Source of the DNA: a virus
Taxonomy: Duplodnaviria > Caudoviricetes
Virus record (IMG/VR): IMGVR_UViG_3300031853_000009
Span: 32,001-96,000 of that record
Reading direction: 5' to 3' (one strand)
Length of the DNA stretch: 64,000 nt
The translations under genes and the position numbers were made by a program. Every line of letters begins with the position of its first letter. The first letter of the stretch is position 1. The notes under the pieces were generated by a model. It had not been told where the DNA came from. It ran no database searches and was given only the letters and a program-made list of their open reading frames with translations. Below, one piece after another: positions 50,966-60,530 of this stretch.

Positions 50966-51469
50966 TCATCCTCGAATAAGCCGTATAACTCTAATACCAG
51001 AATTATCCATAAACTTCTTCAAGAGCATATATACAACTTCAGGAAGTTGACCATTGGAAGGAGGTCTTCCATTATCAGCCGTTTGAATCATAAGAGGACC
51101 AGCTTGTACCTTTCTGAGACCAGCTAGAGCATTATCCTCTAGTACGTCTTCTTCTAAGAGAACAAGAGCTAGTTCACAAGTAGCCATAACGACTTCTTTT
51201 GGAAGAGCGTCACTGGCGTACACGTCTTGTCCTATTACAATGCCAGCACGAGGCCACTGCATACTCTGAGTAACTACTGACCTTGTACCTTTATACACAT
51301 AATACCAGTCTATGATACTGGAGGCTGAAAGAATGGCAGCCTCCTTATCTGCATCCGGGGCAGAAGTCCAGCTATCGGCATGAAGCCTAGTGCTGAAATA
51401 GGTATTAGCTTCATCTAATGTGACATAAGCGTTACTGTCTGGTCCGCTTAGTGTAGCATCAATAGGCAT
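50966..51469 (-). CDS. Head-tail adaptor (DnaT-like domain family)
   Basis: SNAYVTLDEANTYF..QSMQWPR..MATCELA. Confidence 0.75.
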   Translation of the reverse strand: MPIDATLSGPDSNAYVTLDEANTYFSTRLHADSWTSAPDADKEAAILSASSIIDWYYVYKGTRSVVTQSMQWPRAGIVIGQDVYASDALPKEVVMATCELALVLLEEDVLEDNALAGLRKVQAGPLMIQTADNGRPPSNGQLPEVVYMLLKKFMDNSGIRVIRLIRG

Positions 51470-51470
51470 T

Positions 51471-51680
51471 TTACTCTTTCGGCCTCAAAATTTTACGAAT
51501 CTTCTTTTCTTCCATCGATTCTTCCTGCTTTTCTACAGGTTCTGTAGGCTGTGCAGATTGGACAGACTGTACAGGTTGCGAAGGTGATTTTTTCTCTCTA
51601 GTCCATCCAGCTTTCAGAAGAATCTGCACCTGATTCGGGGCTACTTCTGCGACTTCGCCCTGCGGTGTAAACATTTTCAT
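51471..51680 (-). CDS. Small head-associated hypothetical protein
   Basis: RBS AAGGAG; follows capsid gene. Confidence 0.6.
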   Translation of the reverse strand: MKMFTPQGEVAEVAPNQVQILLKAGWTREKKSPSQPVQSVQSAQPTEPVEKQEESMEEKKIRKILRPKE

Positions 51681-51760
51681 AAGCGTCTCCTTACGAAGGG
51701 GCCTGCCGAGGTAGCTCAGAAGGGTGAACCAGACCCCGGCAAGCCAATTATAAACAATGA

Positions 51761-52900
51761 TTAGCTTTCTTCCGCAAGCAAAGTCACATGACGCGGGTCG
51801 AGCATAAATGCACCGACAAGGAAGTCCATACTAAAAGTCGTAACCTTATGAACGATGTCATAAGATTTCACACAACGGACAGAGATGCCATTAGCAGACG
51901 CAACACCTGAAGTTTCAGAGTCAGGCAAGTCGAGCATCGGGAAAGCGACCGCAATAGACTTATTATCAAAAATAGCGCCACGATAAATCAAAGTCTTACC
52001 AGAACCAATAACGGTAACAGCAGCGGAATCAGGTACAATCTCAGTGATCGGATCAACCAGCTTAATCTCAGTACCAGTGCCATCTTCTGCTACGATAAGC
52101 GGACGACGAAGACCAGCCACCTGAATACGGTCGCCAGCCTTAAAGCCAGTAGCCGAAGCCACGACAAGAACCTTATCGCCAATGACGTTCTTGTCTGTAC
52201 CATTATTAGTGGTAGTAGCACCAGAGCCAGCCGCAAAACCGGTCAGATTGGTCGGGAACGCAATGCTGGAGAACCACTGCATACCCATAAGAGTACCCAT
52301 CTGACCGGTACGCAGCGTGGTAGTACCTTCAGTGCCACGGGTCTGTGCCTGATTGTACCAAGTCTGACCAAGCAACTTAGCTTCAAGGTCAAGATCAACC
52401 AGCACATAACGACCATCCATATTCAACTGCTGAATAATAGCTGCTTTACGAGCCTGTGCAATATCAGCAGCGGAACCGAGCAAATCAGTAGAAGTATAAA
52501 GACCAGCAGCTTGCAGAATCTTACCACCAAGATAAGTGTCGCAAGTCTCTGCCAGTTTATAAGCGGCGGGTTTCAGAACTTGAGCGGAGAAATCATCCAA
52601 ATCCAGAGCGAGTTCACGAGCGGTAAGCTCAACAGACACATCAAAGTGTTTCTCAATCTGCAAAGGACGAGTACTCGTGGTAATAGCCTGCGGAGTAATA
52701 GCGGTATTGAACTCATCAACTCTATATTCCCCATGGGTACGATACGAAACAGTATCGCCTACTTTCCAGCCATTAGAACGAGTGCTAAAATCGGAAGTTT
52801 TATCGATAGCACAAAGAGGCGCGATAACGAGAGCATCTTCCAAATGTACCAAAGCCTCCTGTGCAATAATGTTGGGGTGTTGCCAAATATTTGTAGCCAT
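51761..52900 (-). CDS. Major capsid protein (P22 coat-like, HK97 fold)
   Basis: IAQEAL..LE..KVGDTV..ELALDLDDFS..LKPAAYKLA; follows scaffold. Confidence 0.88.
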   Translation of the reverse strand: MATNIWQHPNIIAQEALVHLEDALVIAPLCAIDKTSDFSTRSNGWKVGDTVSYRTHGEYRVDEFNTAITPQAITTSTRPLQIEKHFDVSVELTARELALDLDDFSAQVLKPAAYKLAETCDTYLGGKILQAAGLYTSTDLLGSAADIAQARKAAIIQQLNMDGRYVLVDLDLEAKLLGQTWYNQAQTRGTEGTTTLRTGQMGTLMGMQWFSSIAFPTNLTGFAAGSGATTTNNGTDKNVIGDKVLVVASATGFKAGDRIQVAGLRRPLIVAEDGTGTEIKLVDPITEIVPDSAAVTVIGSGKTLIYRGAIFDNKSIAVAFPMLDLPDSETSGVASANGISVRCVKSYDIVHKVTTFSMDFLVGAFMLDPRHVTLLAEES

Positions 52901-53019
52901 ACAATGTCTCCTACAAGGGTTTAATAATTCAGTACATAGCTATAAGCTGTACTTGTTATACTTGCACTTCAAGACCCTCTAGGTCAGACTGGGCTATATT
53001 CCACCGGAATTTGACCTAT

Positions 53020-53047
53020 AATATAAGCACTTTTGTAAAAAAGTCAA
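53020..53047 (-). promoter_or_regulatory. Capsid promoter
   Basis: TTGACT-16bp-TATATT. Confidence 0.5.
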
Positions 53048-53134
53048 GAATCGTGAAGATGCAAGTATAAATCCGTTATATATCAATGTAAATAATAAAA
53101 CCGAATTACGAATATATAGATTACACTTTGTAAA

Positions 53135-53914
53135 TTATCCGTGCATCAGTTTTGCACGCTTAGCTCGAAGCTCGCGGTATTTAACAGAGTCGCCTTTATT
53201 AGCCGCAGCTGCAATAGCGGCGTCCAAATCTGACATATCGCCATTATTAGGATTAAAACGAGCCGACTCATTATCCGGCCAAAAATGACGAGCAGTTACT
53301 TTCAAATCATTTACCCATGCGTCGGGAGTAAGAATAGTAGTGCCGTCGCTGTTCATCAAGAGTTTGCCGTTTGAGTCTCTAGCTTCTACCGTTTTATTAT
53401 CATCACCCAAAGAGAAAATGGTATTACCCCGGAGAATAATATCGGTCAAAGCCTCTGGGCGAACTTTAGCTTTAATAGCAGCATTACGAAGGGCATCCTC
53501 TACCATTTTAGTCTTATACATCCCTTCATAACTATTTGCCCTTTCTTGAACAGCTTCAAAATTACTGTTCATCTCTGTCAATTTAGCTTCGTAGTCACTC
53601 TTCAAAGTCGCAGTACGACGCTCAAGTACTTCCTCAAACTTACCTTCTTTTAGAAGGCGAGCCATCTCATCTTCTTGCAAGAACTTCAAAGCGTCAAGAG
53701 CAGCCTGTGGGTCTTTAATGTCCCCATACTTCTCTTGCAACTTCTTCTTTTCAGACAGAAGTTCATTCACCTTATTCTTAAGACCAGTAGTAGCCTCTTC
53801 CAAGCGCTCATTCAAGAGAGACTCAGCCTTCTCTTTCATGGTCTCTTGTTCTTGGACATAAGCAGCCTCTAGCTTTGTGCGCAGATCATTATCTTCAACG
53901 AATGAGAAATCCAT
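53135..53914 (-). CDS. Capsid scaffolding protein
   Basis: GLKNKVNELLSEKK coiled coil; between portal and capsid. Confidence 0.75.
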   Translation of the reverse strand: MDFSFVEDNDLRTKLEAAYVQEQETMKEKAESLLNERLEEATTGLKNKVNELLSEKKKLQEKYGDIKDPQAALDALKFLQEDEMARLLKEGKFEEVLERRTATLKSDYEAKLTEMNSNFEAVQERANSYEGMYKTKMVEDALRNAAIKAKVRPEALTDIILRGNTIFSLGDDNKTVEARDSNGKLLMNSDGTTILTPDAWVNDLKVTARHFWPDNESARFNPNNGDMSDLDAAIAAAANKGDSVKYRELRAKRAKLMHG

Positions 53915-53966
53915 AATTAACTCCCTAAGTTAATTGTTAATAAACAACAAATGTCATTACGCGAGC

Positions 53967-53994
53967 ATCTTAAACATTTCACTTATTGTGTCAA
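53967..53994 (-). promoter_or_regulatory. Scaffold promoter
   Basis: TTGACA-16bp-TAAGAT. Confidence 0.55.
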
Positions 53995-54053
53995 TGTTTA
54001 ATAGTACACAAACTAGCACATAAAAATTAACGTGCTAGTTTGACTATGGCTTA

Positions 54054-55733
54054 CTAATTTTTCTTATTCTGAGTTCCAGCGACCACTTTACTTGTCTGTT
54101 CACTTACTAGACCTCCTGTTTTTCTCCTACGTTTCTGTGAACCGTTTTTATCCCAATTCTGATACCTGTCACTAGATTCAAAATTACCTTGATGACCTTG
54201 GAATTTACCTTCGAACCTATTCTTAAAGTCTTGATTACCAATAGGATCACCTGAACCATAATTTACAGTAGCCTGAACGGCTGAAGGGTCAGGTACTACA
54301 GGCATACTGTTGAGATAATTTTTAATATTGTGGTCTTCTTCAAGGAGAGTAACATACTCTTCAAAGGAGATGGTCTGGTCGAGGAGACCTGAAGACACTA
54401 AATACCTGTGTACCAGTTGGAGCGGGTACACAGAATTACCAACACCAGTAGCCAACTCTCGCATAACATTAGCGTCAGGTGTTCCAAGTACCAGAGAGGA
54501 AGGAGCGTCAATCACTACTTCATTTACATCATAGCCTCCCCATTCGCACATCATCTCTAGACAACTGCGAATAGCAGAAAGAGCAGAAAGGTAAATTGAA
54601 TACACAGAAGCAGACTGAGTAGCTTGCCTAATACGAAGAGCTTCAGCTGCCTCTACGCCTTTTCGAGCGTCAAGAATGGCTACACCATGACGAATCGCTT
54701 CTTCATACAAAGTGTCAATATGTTTCGCTACATGATTCAAAGCCGCTGTATCGGTCGTAGTATAATATACTCTAGCCTGTGAGTCAGGGAGAGCAAAAAG
54801 AACAGAGGAACCAACAACATTAGGTACGTTTTTGACATCGCCTGCTGAATCTACTTCTGCACCAGAGATACAAAGAGTAGGGTTACAAGAGAGAAATTCA
54901 GAGTTAGCCAAGTCTGCTTGCTTCCTATAAATTTGAATAGCACAGTTAGCCACAGGAATCAAAGGAATAGGCTGAATTTCTGGAGCATTACTAATACTTC
55001 CAGCGATAACAATGGGGAGTTTATCTAGGTTATTTCCGAAGAACTCAGGAACTACAGTCTCATCTTCTACCTCTTTAGAAGATGAGTCATAAGTAACTAC
55101 AGTGTACTTATCCCCTACAAGACGCATAACCCTGTAGTAATCTTCAGTCTCATGTGAAAAAATGTTGTCTGGATTTTTATACCTTTTCTGACGAATAACG
55201 GCTACCTGAATAGTTCTTTCATCGTTTAGAGTACCCGATTTCCAGTTGATTAAATCTTCGGCTTTATACTGAACGATGGTGAATCTATCTGGATTCGAAT
55301 CATCTAAGTCAACGACAAGAGGGACACGACCGGTCTGCATAATCTCAATGATAACGTCCAAAAAGAGTTGACGAAGATCGCGACCATCTCTTGTGGCATT
55401 ATCTATAAGGTATTCAAGCTCTTTAGGAAAATTAAACTCAGGCAGCTTAGTAATAATAATACCGAGTACACCCTGAAGAGCATAAGCTGTAACAAGAGGA
55501 AAGTGCGCTCTTTCTATATAGTCATTATAGGCTTCTGCGTATTCCCCTGACATACCTGCCGGTCTAGGTAGGTACTTCTCAGCAGCATTTTTAATTGCTT
55601 GCTCTCCTTTCATACAGTCACGGACTCTTTCCCACTCAGGCAGACGTACTATATAGTCAGGATGTTGAGTAGTAGCACCTCCGCTAGCAGAGCCTGTGGT
55701 ATTATTATATAAATTATTTACTTTCTTTGGCAT
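54054..55733 (-). CDS. Portal protein (DUF4055-like)
   Basis: HPDY..W..VRDC..G..IK..YLP..YNDYIERA; follows TerL. Confidence 0.85.
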   Translation of the reverse strand: MPKKVNNLYNNTTGSASGGATTQHPDYIVRLPEWERVRDCMKGEQAIKNAAEKYLPRPAGMSGEYAEAYNDYIERAHFPLVTAYALQGVLGIIITKLPEFNFPKELEYLIDNATRDGRDLRQLFLDVIIEIMQTGRVPLVVDLDDSNPDRFTIVQYKAEDLINWKSGTLNDERTIQVAVIRQKRYKNPDNIFSHETEDYYRVMRLVGDKYTVVTYDSSSKEVEDETVVPEFFGNNLDKLPIVIAGSISNAPEIQPIPLIPVANCAIQIYRKQADLANSEFLSCNPTLCISGAEVDSAGDVKNVPNVVGSSVLFALPDSQARVYYTTTDTAALNHVAKHIDTLYEEAIRHGVAILDARKGVEAAEALRIRQATQSASVYSIYLSALSAIRSCLEMMCEWGGYDVNEVVIDAPSSLVLGTPDANVMRELATGVGNSVYPLQLVHRYLVSSGLLDQTISFEEYVTLLEEDHNIKNYLNSMPVVPDPSAVQATVNYGSGDPIGNQDFKNRFEGKFQGHQGNFESSDRYQNWDKNGSQKRRRKTGGLVSEQTSKVVAGTQNKKN

Positions 55734-55768
55734 GATGTTCTCCTCTGTTTTTAGTCAAAAAGTGACGA

Positions 55769-58192
55769 CTACATCCGTACCCCGCCTCTTTTCATAACAG
55801 AATTTTTCCTTGATACCAGATACCTAAGTGCATCTGTACAATTATGTACTAATACACCGTTCACAAAAAACTCATGGGAACCTTCTACTGTTATGTCGTA
55901 CACAGTACACCTATTTCCCGTGTCTGTTACGGACAGCACAGGCACGGCTACAGTGTTGCGTCTTACTGTACTTATTGGTAATAAACTCTTCTCCACAATA
56001 AATGCACACCCTGGTTTCATTGTCAATGCCGCTTGCCCTCCTCCATGCGGATTTGCAATTATTTGAGCAGAACTTGCTGACACCCCCAATTTTTTTATCC
56101 AGAAATGTTTTCCCGCACTGTGTACATACGTTCTCAACGGGGACGTAATTTTTATAAGAATTTGCACCGTTTTGAACGTGCCATTGATGACCTTCCTCTG
56201 AAGCGTGCCATTCTTTTGTAAGGAGTCTGATTCTAGCAAGATGTTCTTTCTGCTTTTGTTGTCGTTCTTCAGAAAACGGGTGTCTTGCACTATGTTCTTT
56301 CGGGTCAACACATTCCAAATTTTCAATGGAGTTATTAGCCGTATTACCGTCTTTATGGTGGATATGGCAACCTTCTGGAATTTCCCCATTATAGAATTTC
56401 CATACTTCCCTATGTAAATACAGGGCAGTTTCTTTAGTACTTCGCTTAAAATAGTGCCTATCGCTAGCGTTCTTACTGTTTGGGTATCTTCTATAAGTGT
56501 ACCCATTAAAGAATACTTTTTCAACCATAATAACTTATCTCCAACAGTTAATGAATCTGCGCGAACAAAACCTCTATTTTCTGTCCAAATTTTATGATTT
56601 GGCGTACATCTTATAGTGCAACACTCAGTGGAAATCAATAAAGTTTTGGCATTATAAGAAGTAACCCACCAGTCCGTAACAAACCTCCATCCGTCTCTAG
56701 TTAAAACTTCATCTCCTATTTTCACCTGTTCTATAGGGATATTCCCTTTTTTAGTTAATACTAACTCACCTTTGGCGATACAATGGTCTTCCAAGTCAGT
56801 ATCGATGTCTTCAGGATCAAACTTTGAAGTCTGCTGAATAGGAATAGTCCTAATATGATTCACAGCAGATTGAAAGAAGTACAGATGCGGTTTCTCTGGG
56901 TCTTTCTTTTTAGCATTCAATAGCATATCTCTAATAGCAGCCAAACCAGCTTTTCTAGAACCTGGACCTTTCATACTTCTCTGCCAGTACAGATTATATT
57001 TAGACATACTATTACCGATGCTAGTACCGTCTAGTACATTCCAAATGGAATTATCAGCGGGTCCCGGTTGAATCTTAATACTCTTCATAGTCTCTGTAAA
57101 CGTATCATAAGTACTGTGCAGTTTTTCCAACATTCTATCACGCTTTAGAGTACGCTGAGCGATTTCAGCGGAAGTAGCTCCATCTCCTTCATTAGGCTTT
57201 CCGGTCCAGCCATAAATCTCATCTATCACAATAACAGAGCCTACAGGAAGAGTAAAATCTAGTCCTTCAGGCTGCTCCCCATTACAAAACGCACCATAAG
57301 TAACACACCAAGGACGAGCAGAACCCCAGTCAAAACTTCTTTGCACTCTCCAAGAGTAAGGAATCTTAAAGGCAGGGGCAAAAGGATTACCGAACTCTTT
57401 AGATTTGAGAACGTGTATCTTTGGGTCCCATACAGAAGAAAAGAAGCCACCAAGGAAAATATCCCAAGAGCCATAGAGCCAAGCCTTTCGAAGGTTCTCA
57501 TTACCTTCGGTCATAGCTCTTAAGGTATTTTGGTAATCTGGAGTAGCCTCTAGAAGAGCAGCGTTTTCTGTAGTTGGCAAAAATACATGAGCGCGAGTCT
57601 TACCAAATTCATCAGTGTATATTCTACCTTCTGGCACAGTGTCAATGAATCTTGTTTTTACCCATTGAGCACCCACTCCACCGGGGTTACAATTAGCGCG
57701 ATATTTAAGAGGTACATTCTTATTAGAAGTACGAAGACAAGACATCAACATTAAATAGACTTCATCCGTAGGATGATTTGTTAATTCTTCCCATCCTATA
57801 AACGAATTTTCACTACCGTGATACATTTCATAATCGGCAGGAGTCCTTGCGTAATTAAACCACAAAAACTCACCATCTGGGAAAGTCCATACCTTCGTAG
57901 TACCGTTAAATTTAGCTCCGGGAAATAATTTAGGAAAGTATTTGAGAGACTTAGAGATAATATCTTTCAGTTCAGTCGTATGCTCCCTTAATATAAGCCC
58001 TCTGTAATCTGGTCCATAACCTTTTCCTATACCAGAAGCAAAATCCATGAGAAGGACATCGCTCTTCCCAGACCCTCTAGGCCCATGAAACAGAGCTTCA
58101 AATGCTGGACAAGTTAAAGCCCGTTCTTGCCCTCCGGGATTAGGCTTCCATACTATGTGCATTCCTCTATTCATTTTAATGCCTATCCTCAA
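55769..58192 (-). CDS. terL: Terminase large subunit, intein-containing
   Basis: GPRGSGKS, WEELT, NPGG, SFDWGS, EDH|..|CTDALRY. Confidence 0.92.
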   Translation of the reverse strand: MRIGIKMNRGMHIVWKPNPGGQERALTCPAFEALFHGPRGSGKSDVLLMDFASGIGKGYGPDYRGLILREHTTELKDIISKSLKYFPKLFPGAKFNGTTKVWTFPDGEFLWFNYARTPADYEMYHGSENSFIGWEELTNHPTDEVYLMLMSCLRTSNKNVPLKYRANCNPGGVGAQWVKTRFIDTVPEGRIYTDEFGKTRAHVFLPTTENAALLEATPDYQNTLRAMTEGNENLRKAWLYGSWDIFLGGFFSSVWDPKIHVLKSKEFGNPFAPAFKIPYSWRVQRSFDWGSARPWCVTYGAFCNGEQPEGLDFTLPVGSVIVIDEIYGWTGKPNEGDGATSAEIAQRTLKRDRMLEKLHSTYDTFTETMKSIKIQPGPADNSIWNVLDGTSIGNSMSKYNLYWQRSMKGPGSRKAGLAAIRDMLLNAKKKDPEKPHLYFFQSAVNHIRTIPIQQTSKFDPEDIDTDLEDHCIAKGELVLTKKGNIPIEQVKIGDEVLTRDGWRFVTDWWVTSYNAKTLLISTECCTIRCTPNHKIWTENRGFVRADSLTVGDKLLWLKKYSLMGTLIEDTQTVRTLAIGTILSEVLKKLPCIYIGKYGNSIMGKFQKVAISTIKTVIRLITPLKIWNVLTRKNIVQDTRFLKNDNKSRKNILLESDSLQKNGTLQRKVINGTFKTVQILIKITSPLRTYVHSAGKHFWIKKLGVSASSAQIIANPHGGGQAALTMKPGCAFIVEKSLLPISTVRRNTVAVPVLSVTDTGNRCTVYDITVEGSHEFFVNGVLVHNCTDALRYLVSRKNSVMKRGGVRM
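55841..56782 (-). mobile_element. Intein (314 aa) in TerL nuclease domain
   Basis: CIAKGELVLT..CTPNHKIW..LTVGD ... VYDITVEGSHEFFVNGVLVHN|C. Confidence 0.92.
55911..56528 (-). CDS. HNH homing endonuclease nested out-of-frame inside the intein
   Basis: LHREVW..IHHKDGNTANNSIENLE..EH; two CxxC..CSxxC Zn modules; GGAG SD 10 nt before ATG. Confidence 0.88.
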   Translation of the reverse strand: MVEKVFFNGYTYRRYPNSKNASDRHYFKRSTKETALYLHREVWKFYNGEIPEGCHIHHKDGNTANNSIENLECVDPKEHSARHPFSEERQQKQKEHLARIRLLTKEWHASEEGHQWHVQNGANSYKNYVPVENVCTQCGKTFLDKKIGGVSKFCSNNCKSAWRRASGIDNETRVCIYCGEEFITNKYSKTQHCSRACAVRNRHGK

Positions 58193-59069
58193 CGCTTACA
58201 CGCTCTATACTATCAGGATTAAATTCTCTAAACAAAAGAAGATTCCGCCAATCTGACTCTTCTTTAGTCTCTTTTAGCTCAGAAGTGTCAAACAGTGTCT
58301 TAATTGTTGGGCTTTCTTCATAATATAGATTAGCTTGCTGTACTTTAGCCTCAGCAATGGCTGCTTTATCTACCTTTTCATCTTCAAAAATACTCTCAAA
58401 GTACCTCGAATTTGAAAATCTGTGCCTCTCTTTCAGCTTTTGAAACTTTTCTGTGGACATAACCCCGCTATAGGTATTACAAACGGGCGCTAGTCTGATA
58501 GATTTTCTAGGTTTTCTGTTCTGTGGGTACAAAAGCTGAATTTTTGGGTACTGTATAGTCAGATACTCATAGATTCTTTTGGCTTTTTCTTCCCCCTGCG
58601 GCAGTCTTCTGAAGTAAAAAAGCATTCTTTTTAGTACTTTATAGGCTATGCAGCGATTTAAGACTACATCTATAAAGCGCTGCGATCCCATTCTTTCGTA
58701 CAAGACAGAGAAAGGAGTCTTGTATTCTACTATAGTCCTTAATTTTTTATAAACAGTAAAGCGTTTTTTAGCTCTTTTCTCCCTTTTATGAGAGGATAAG
58801 TTATTAAGATACCTAAAACGCTTAGATTCCCTACATAGAACATTCAAATTCTCTGTCCTGAACAAGGATAGAGCTAAAAGATAAGTCCATGTCTTATGAA
58901 TGTACAGGACTTCTTGATTATCATGCTGAGAGATAAACACAGGAGGTATTCTTTGAGACAGAAAAGCATCAGATAAGAACCTAAATTCACTAAAATTAGG
59001 CACTTTAAGTGAAAGAATAGCCTCTTTATTATAGTCTGTAGAGGAAAAAGATTCAAAATTATGCTTCAT
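58176..59069 (-). CDS. Basic hypothetical protein
   Basis: 297-aa ORF abutting terL. Confidence 0.55.
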   Translation of the reverse strand: MKHNFESFSSTDYNKEAILSLKVPNFSEFRFLSDAFLSQRIPPVFISQHDNQEVLYIHKTWTYLLALSLFRTENLNVLCRESKRFRYLNNLSSHKREKRAKKRFTVYKKLRTIVEYKTPFSVLYERMGSQRFIDVVLNRCIAYKVLKRMLFYFRRLPQGEEKAKRIYEYLTIQYPKIQLLYPQNRKPRKSIRLAPVCNTYSGVMSTEKFQKLKERHRFSNSRYFESIFEDEKVDKAAIAEAKVQQANLYYEESPTIKTLFDTSELKETKEESDWRNLLLFREFNPDSIERVSVEDRH

Positions 59070-59311
59070 AACTTAGTTATGTTTCTTTTATCACTTTTTG
59101 ACACTTTGCATTTTGTGATTAAAGCCAGAGCTTCGCCTCGACTACTCTCGCAGCGATGGTTTTGATTTAATGACACAACTAGCAAAATACTGGGATTCAA
59201 GATAAGAGGAGGAAATAAACAAAAAGGACTATAAGCGTTATGAGAGCTATAGGTGTCATAATCGCTGCGAGTACTATAGGCTTTAGTATTGCGTTTTAGT
59301 GATGTCTTCAT
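59066..59311 (-). CDS. Hypothetical protein
   Basis: Coupled overlaps on both sides and RBS AGGAG; no motif. Confidence 0.35.
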   Translation of the reverse strand: MKTSLKRNTKAYSTRSDYDTYSSHNAYSPFCLFPPLILNPSILLVVSLNQNHRCESSRGEALALITKCKVSKSDKRNITKL

Positions 59312-60384
59312 TACTCTCCTAATTTAGTTAGTAATTTTTGAGTGACTTTGCTTATGTACCACGCAAGATTCACTGGAACAGCGTTTCCTACTTGCTCATA
59401 AATATTTGTCCTTCCACCACAAAAAACAAAGTCTTTAGGGAAAGTCTGAAGCGCAGCTGCCTCTCTCCAAGTGTAAGCCCTATATACTGGAGGATCGTCA
59501 ACAAAAACGTATTTATCCTTCTCTACATATCGCATTTTAGTACTGCTAGGATGTAGATTTTGAGTTTTGCTTGTGATGGTAAATGATACACCATCCCAAG
59601 ATGAACATCTATCCCTAGTCATAAATCTTCCATGCGGCTTGTATTGAATATTTACTTCAGACTCTACAAAAGGGATGTCTTTAAGAGCTTGTCTCTGAGT
59701 TATTCTATGCTCATGCTGTGCTGCGTGCTCAAGACCGAAAACAGGATAAAAATCTTTGAGCATTTCTTCAGTGACTGTAAATAGCCTTTTGTATGTTTTG
59801 TACTCACCTTGTATTTTTAAGCGCGTAGGCTTAGAGCACTTAGAAGACTTAGACTTGCATTGACTGCGATCATATAGCTCTTTTTGTACTCCAAAGATGA
59901 AAATCCTATTCCTGCTCTGTGGCACATCGTAGTCTTTAGCGTTTACTGAGATATAGGAAGTATAATATCCTATAGCAGAGAAGTCTTTCTGTATGACATC
60001 TATGACTCTTTCCCCAGAAGGAGCTTTCATACTCAATAAACCTTTTACATTTTCTGCTACAAAGACTTTAGGTCTCTTTCCTCGTACTACTCTCAAGTAC
60101 TCTTTATACAGAGAGTTTCTAGGGTCATCACAACTTCTAAACGAGTTAGCCAAGCTAAATCCTTGGCAAGGAAATCCTCCTATAACGACATCACAGTCTG
60201 GAAGCTCTTCTGTTTTTACCTCTGCTATGTCTTTGCACAAAACAGGATGCGAAAAATTACTTGAATAAGTCTGTACCGCTTTCTTGTTGTTATCTATCCC
60301 TAAAACAATCTCAAACCCTCCCTGTACAAAGCCGAGATCAAAGCCTCCCGCTCCACAAAATAAAGATAATACTCTAGGCTTCAT
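59311..60384 (-). CDS. C5 cytosine DNA methyltransferase
   Basis: SLFCGAGG, GGFPCQGFS, ENVKG, QSRNRIF, REAAALQTFP, QVGNAVP; ATG 60384 after GGAGG. Confidence 0.93.
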   Translation of the reverse strand: MKPRVLSLFCGAGGFDLGFVQGGFEIVLGIDNNKKAVQTYSSNFSHPVLCKDIAEVKTEELPDCDVVIGGFPCQGFSLANSFRSCDDPRNSLYKEYLRVVRGKRPKVFVAENVKGLLSMKAPSGERVIDVIQKDFSAIGYYTSYISVNAKDYDVPQSRNRIFIFGVQKELYDRSQCKSKSSKCSKPTRLKIQGEYKTYKRLFTVTEEMLKDFYPVFGLEHAAQHEHRITQRQALKDIPFVESEVNIQYKPHGRFMTRDRCSSWDGVSFTITSKTQNLHPSSTKMRYVEKDKYVFVDDPPVYRAYTWREAAALQTFPKDFVFCGGRTNIYEQVGNAVPVNLAWYISKVTQKLLTKLGE

Positions 60385-60530
60385 ATAGTCCTCCAAAGCA
60401 AAACTAAGAAGATCGGTGTATCAATTAAGAGTCAAAGAGTGTCATAGCATCGCGACTCGATTATTGTCAAAGAGTGTCATAACGAGCGCAGCGTATTCTT
60501 CGTCAGATAGTGTCATAACATTTATAGCAA

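Noticed and set aside
51705-51746. tRNA (GCCGAGGTAGCTCAG resembles a tRNA 5' end)
   Set aside because: Only ~40 nt, no anticodon or T arm; pairs better as a minus-strand hairpin
55911-56528. Group I intron or sequencing frameshift as explanation of the nested HNH
   Set aside because: Terminase frame is uninterrupted, intein blocks are intact at both ends, and the HNH has its own SD, start and stop
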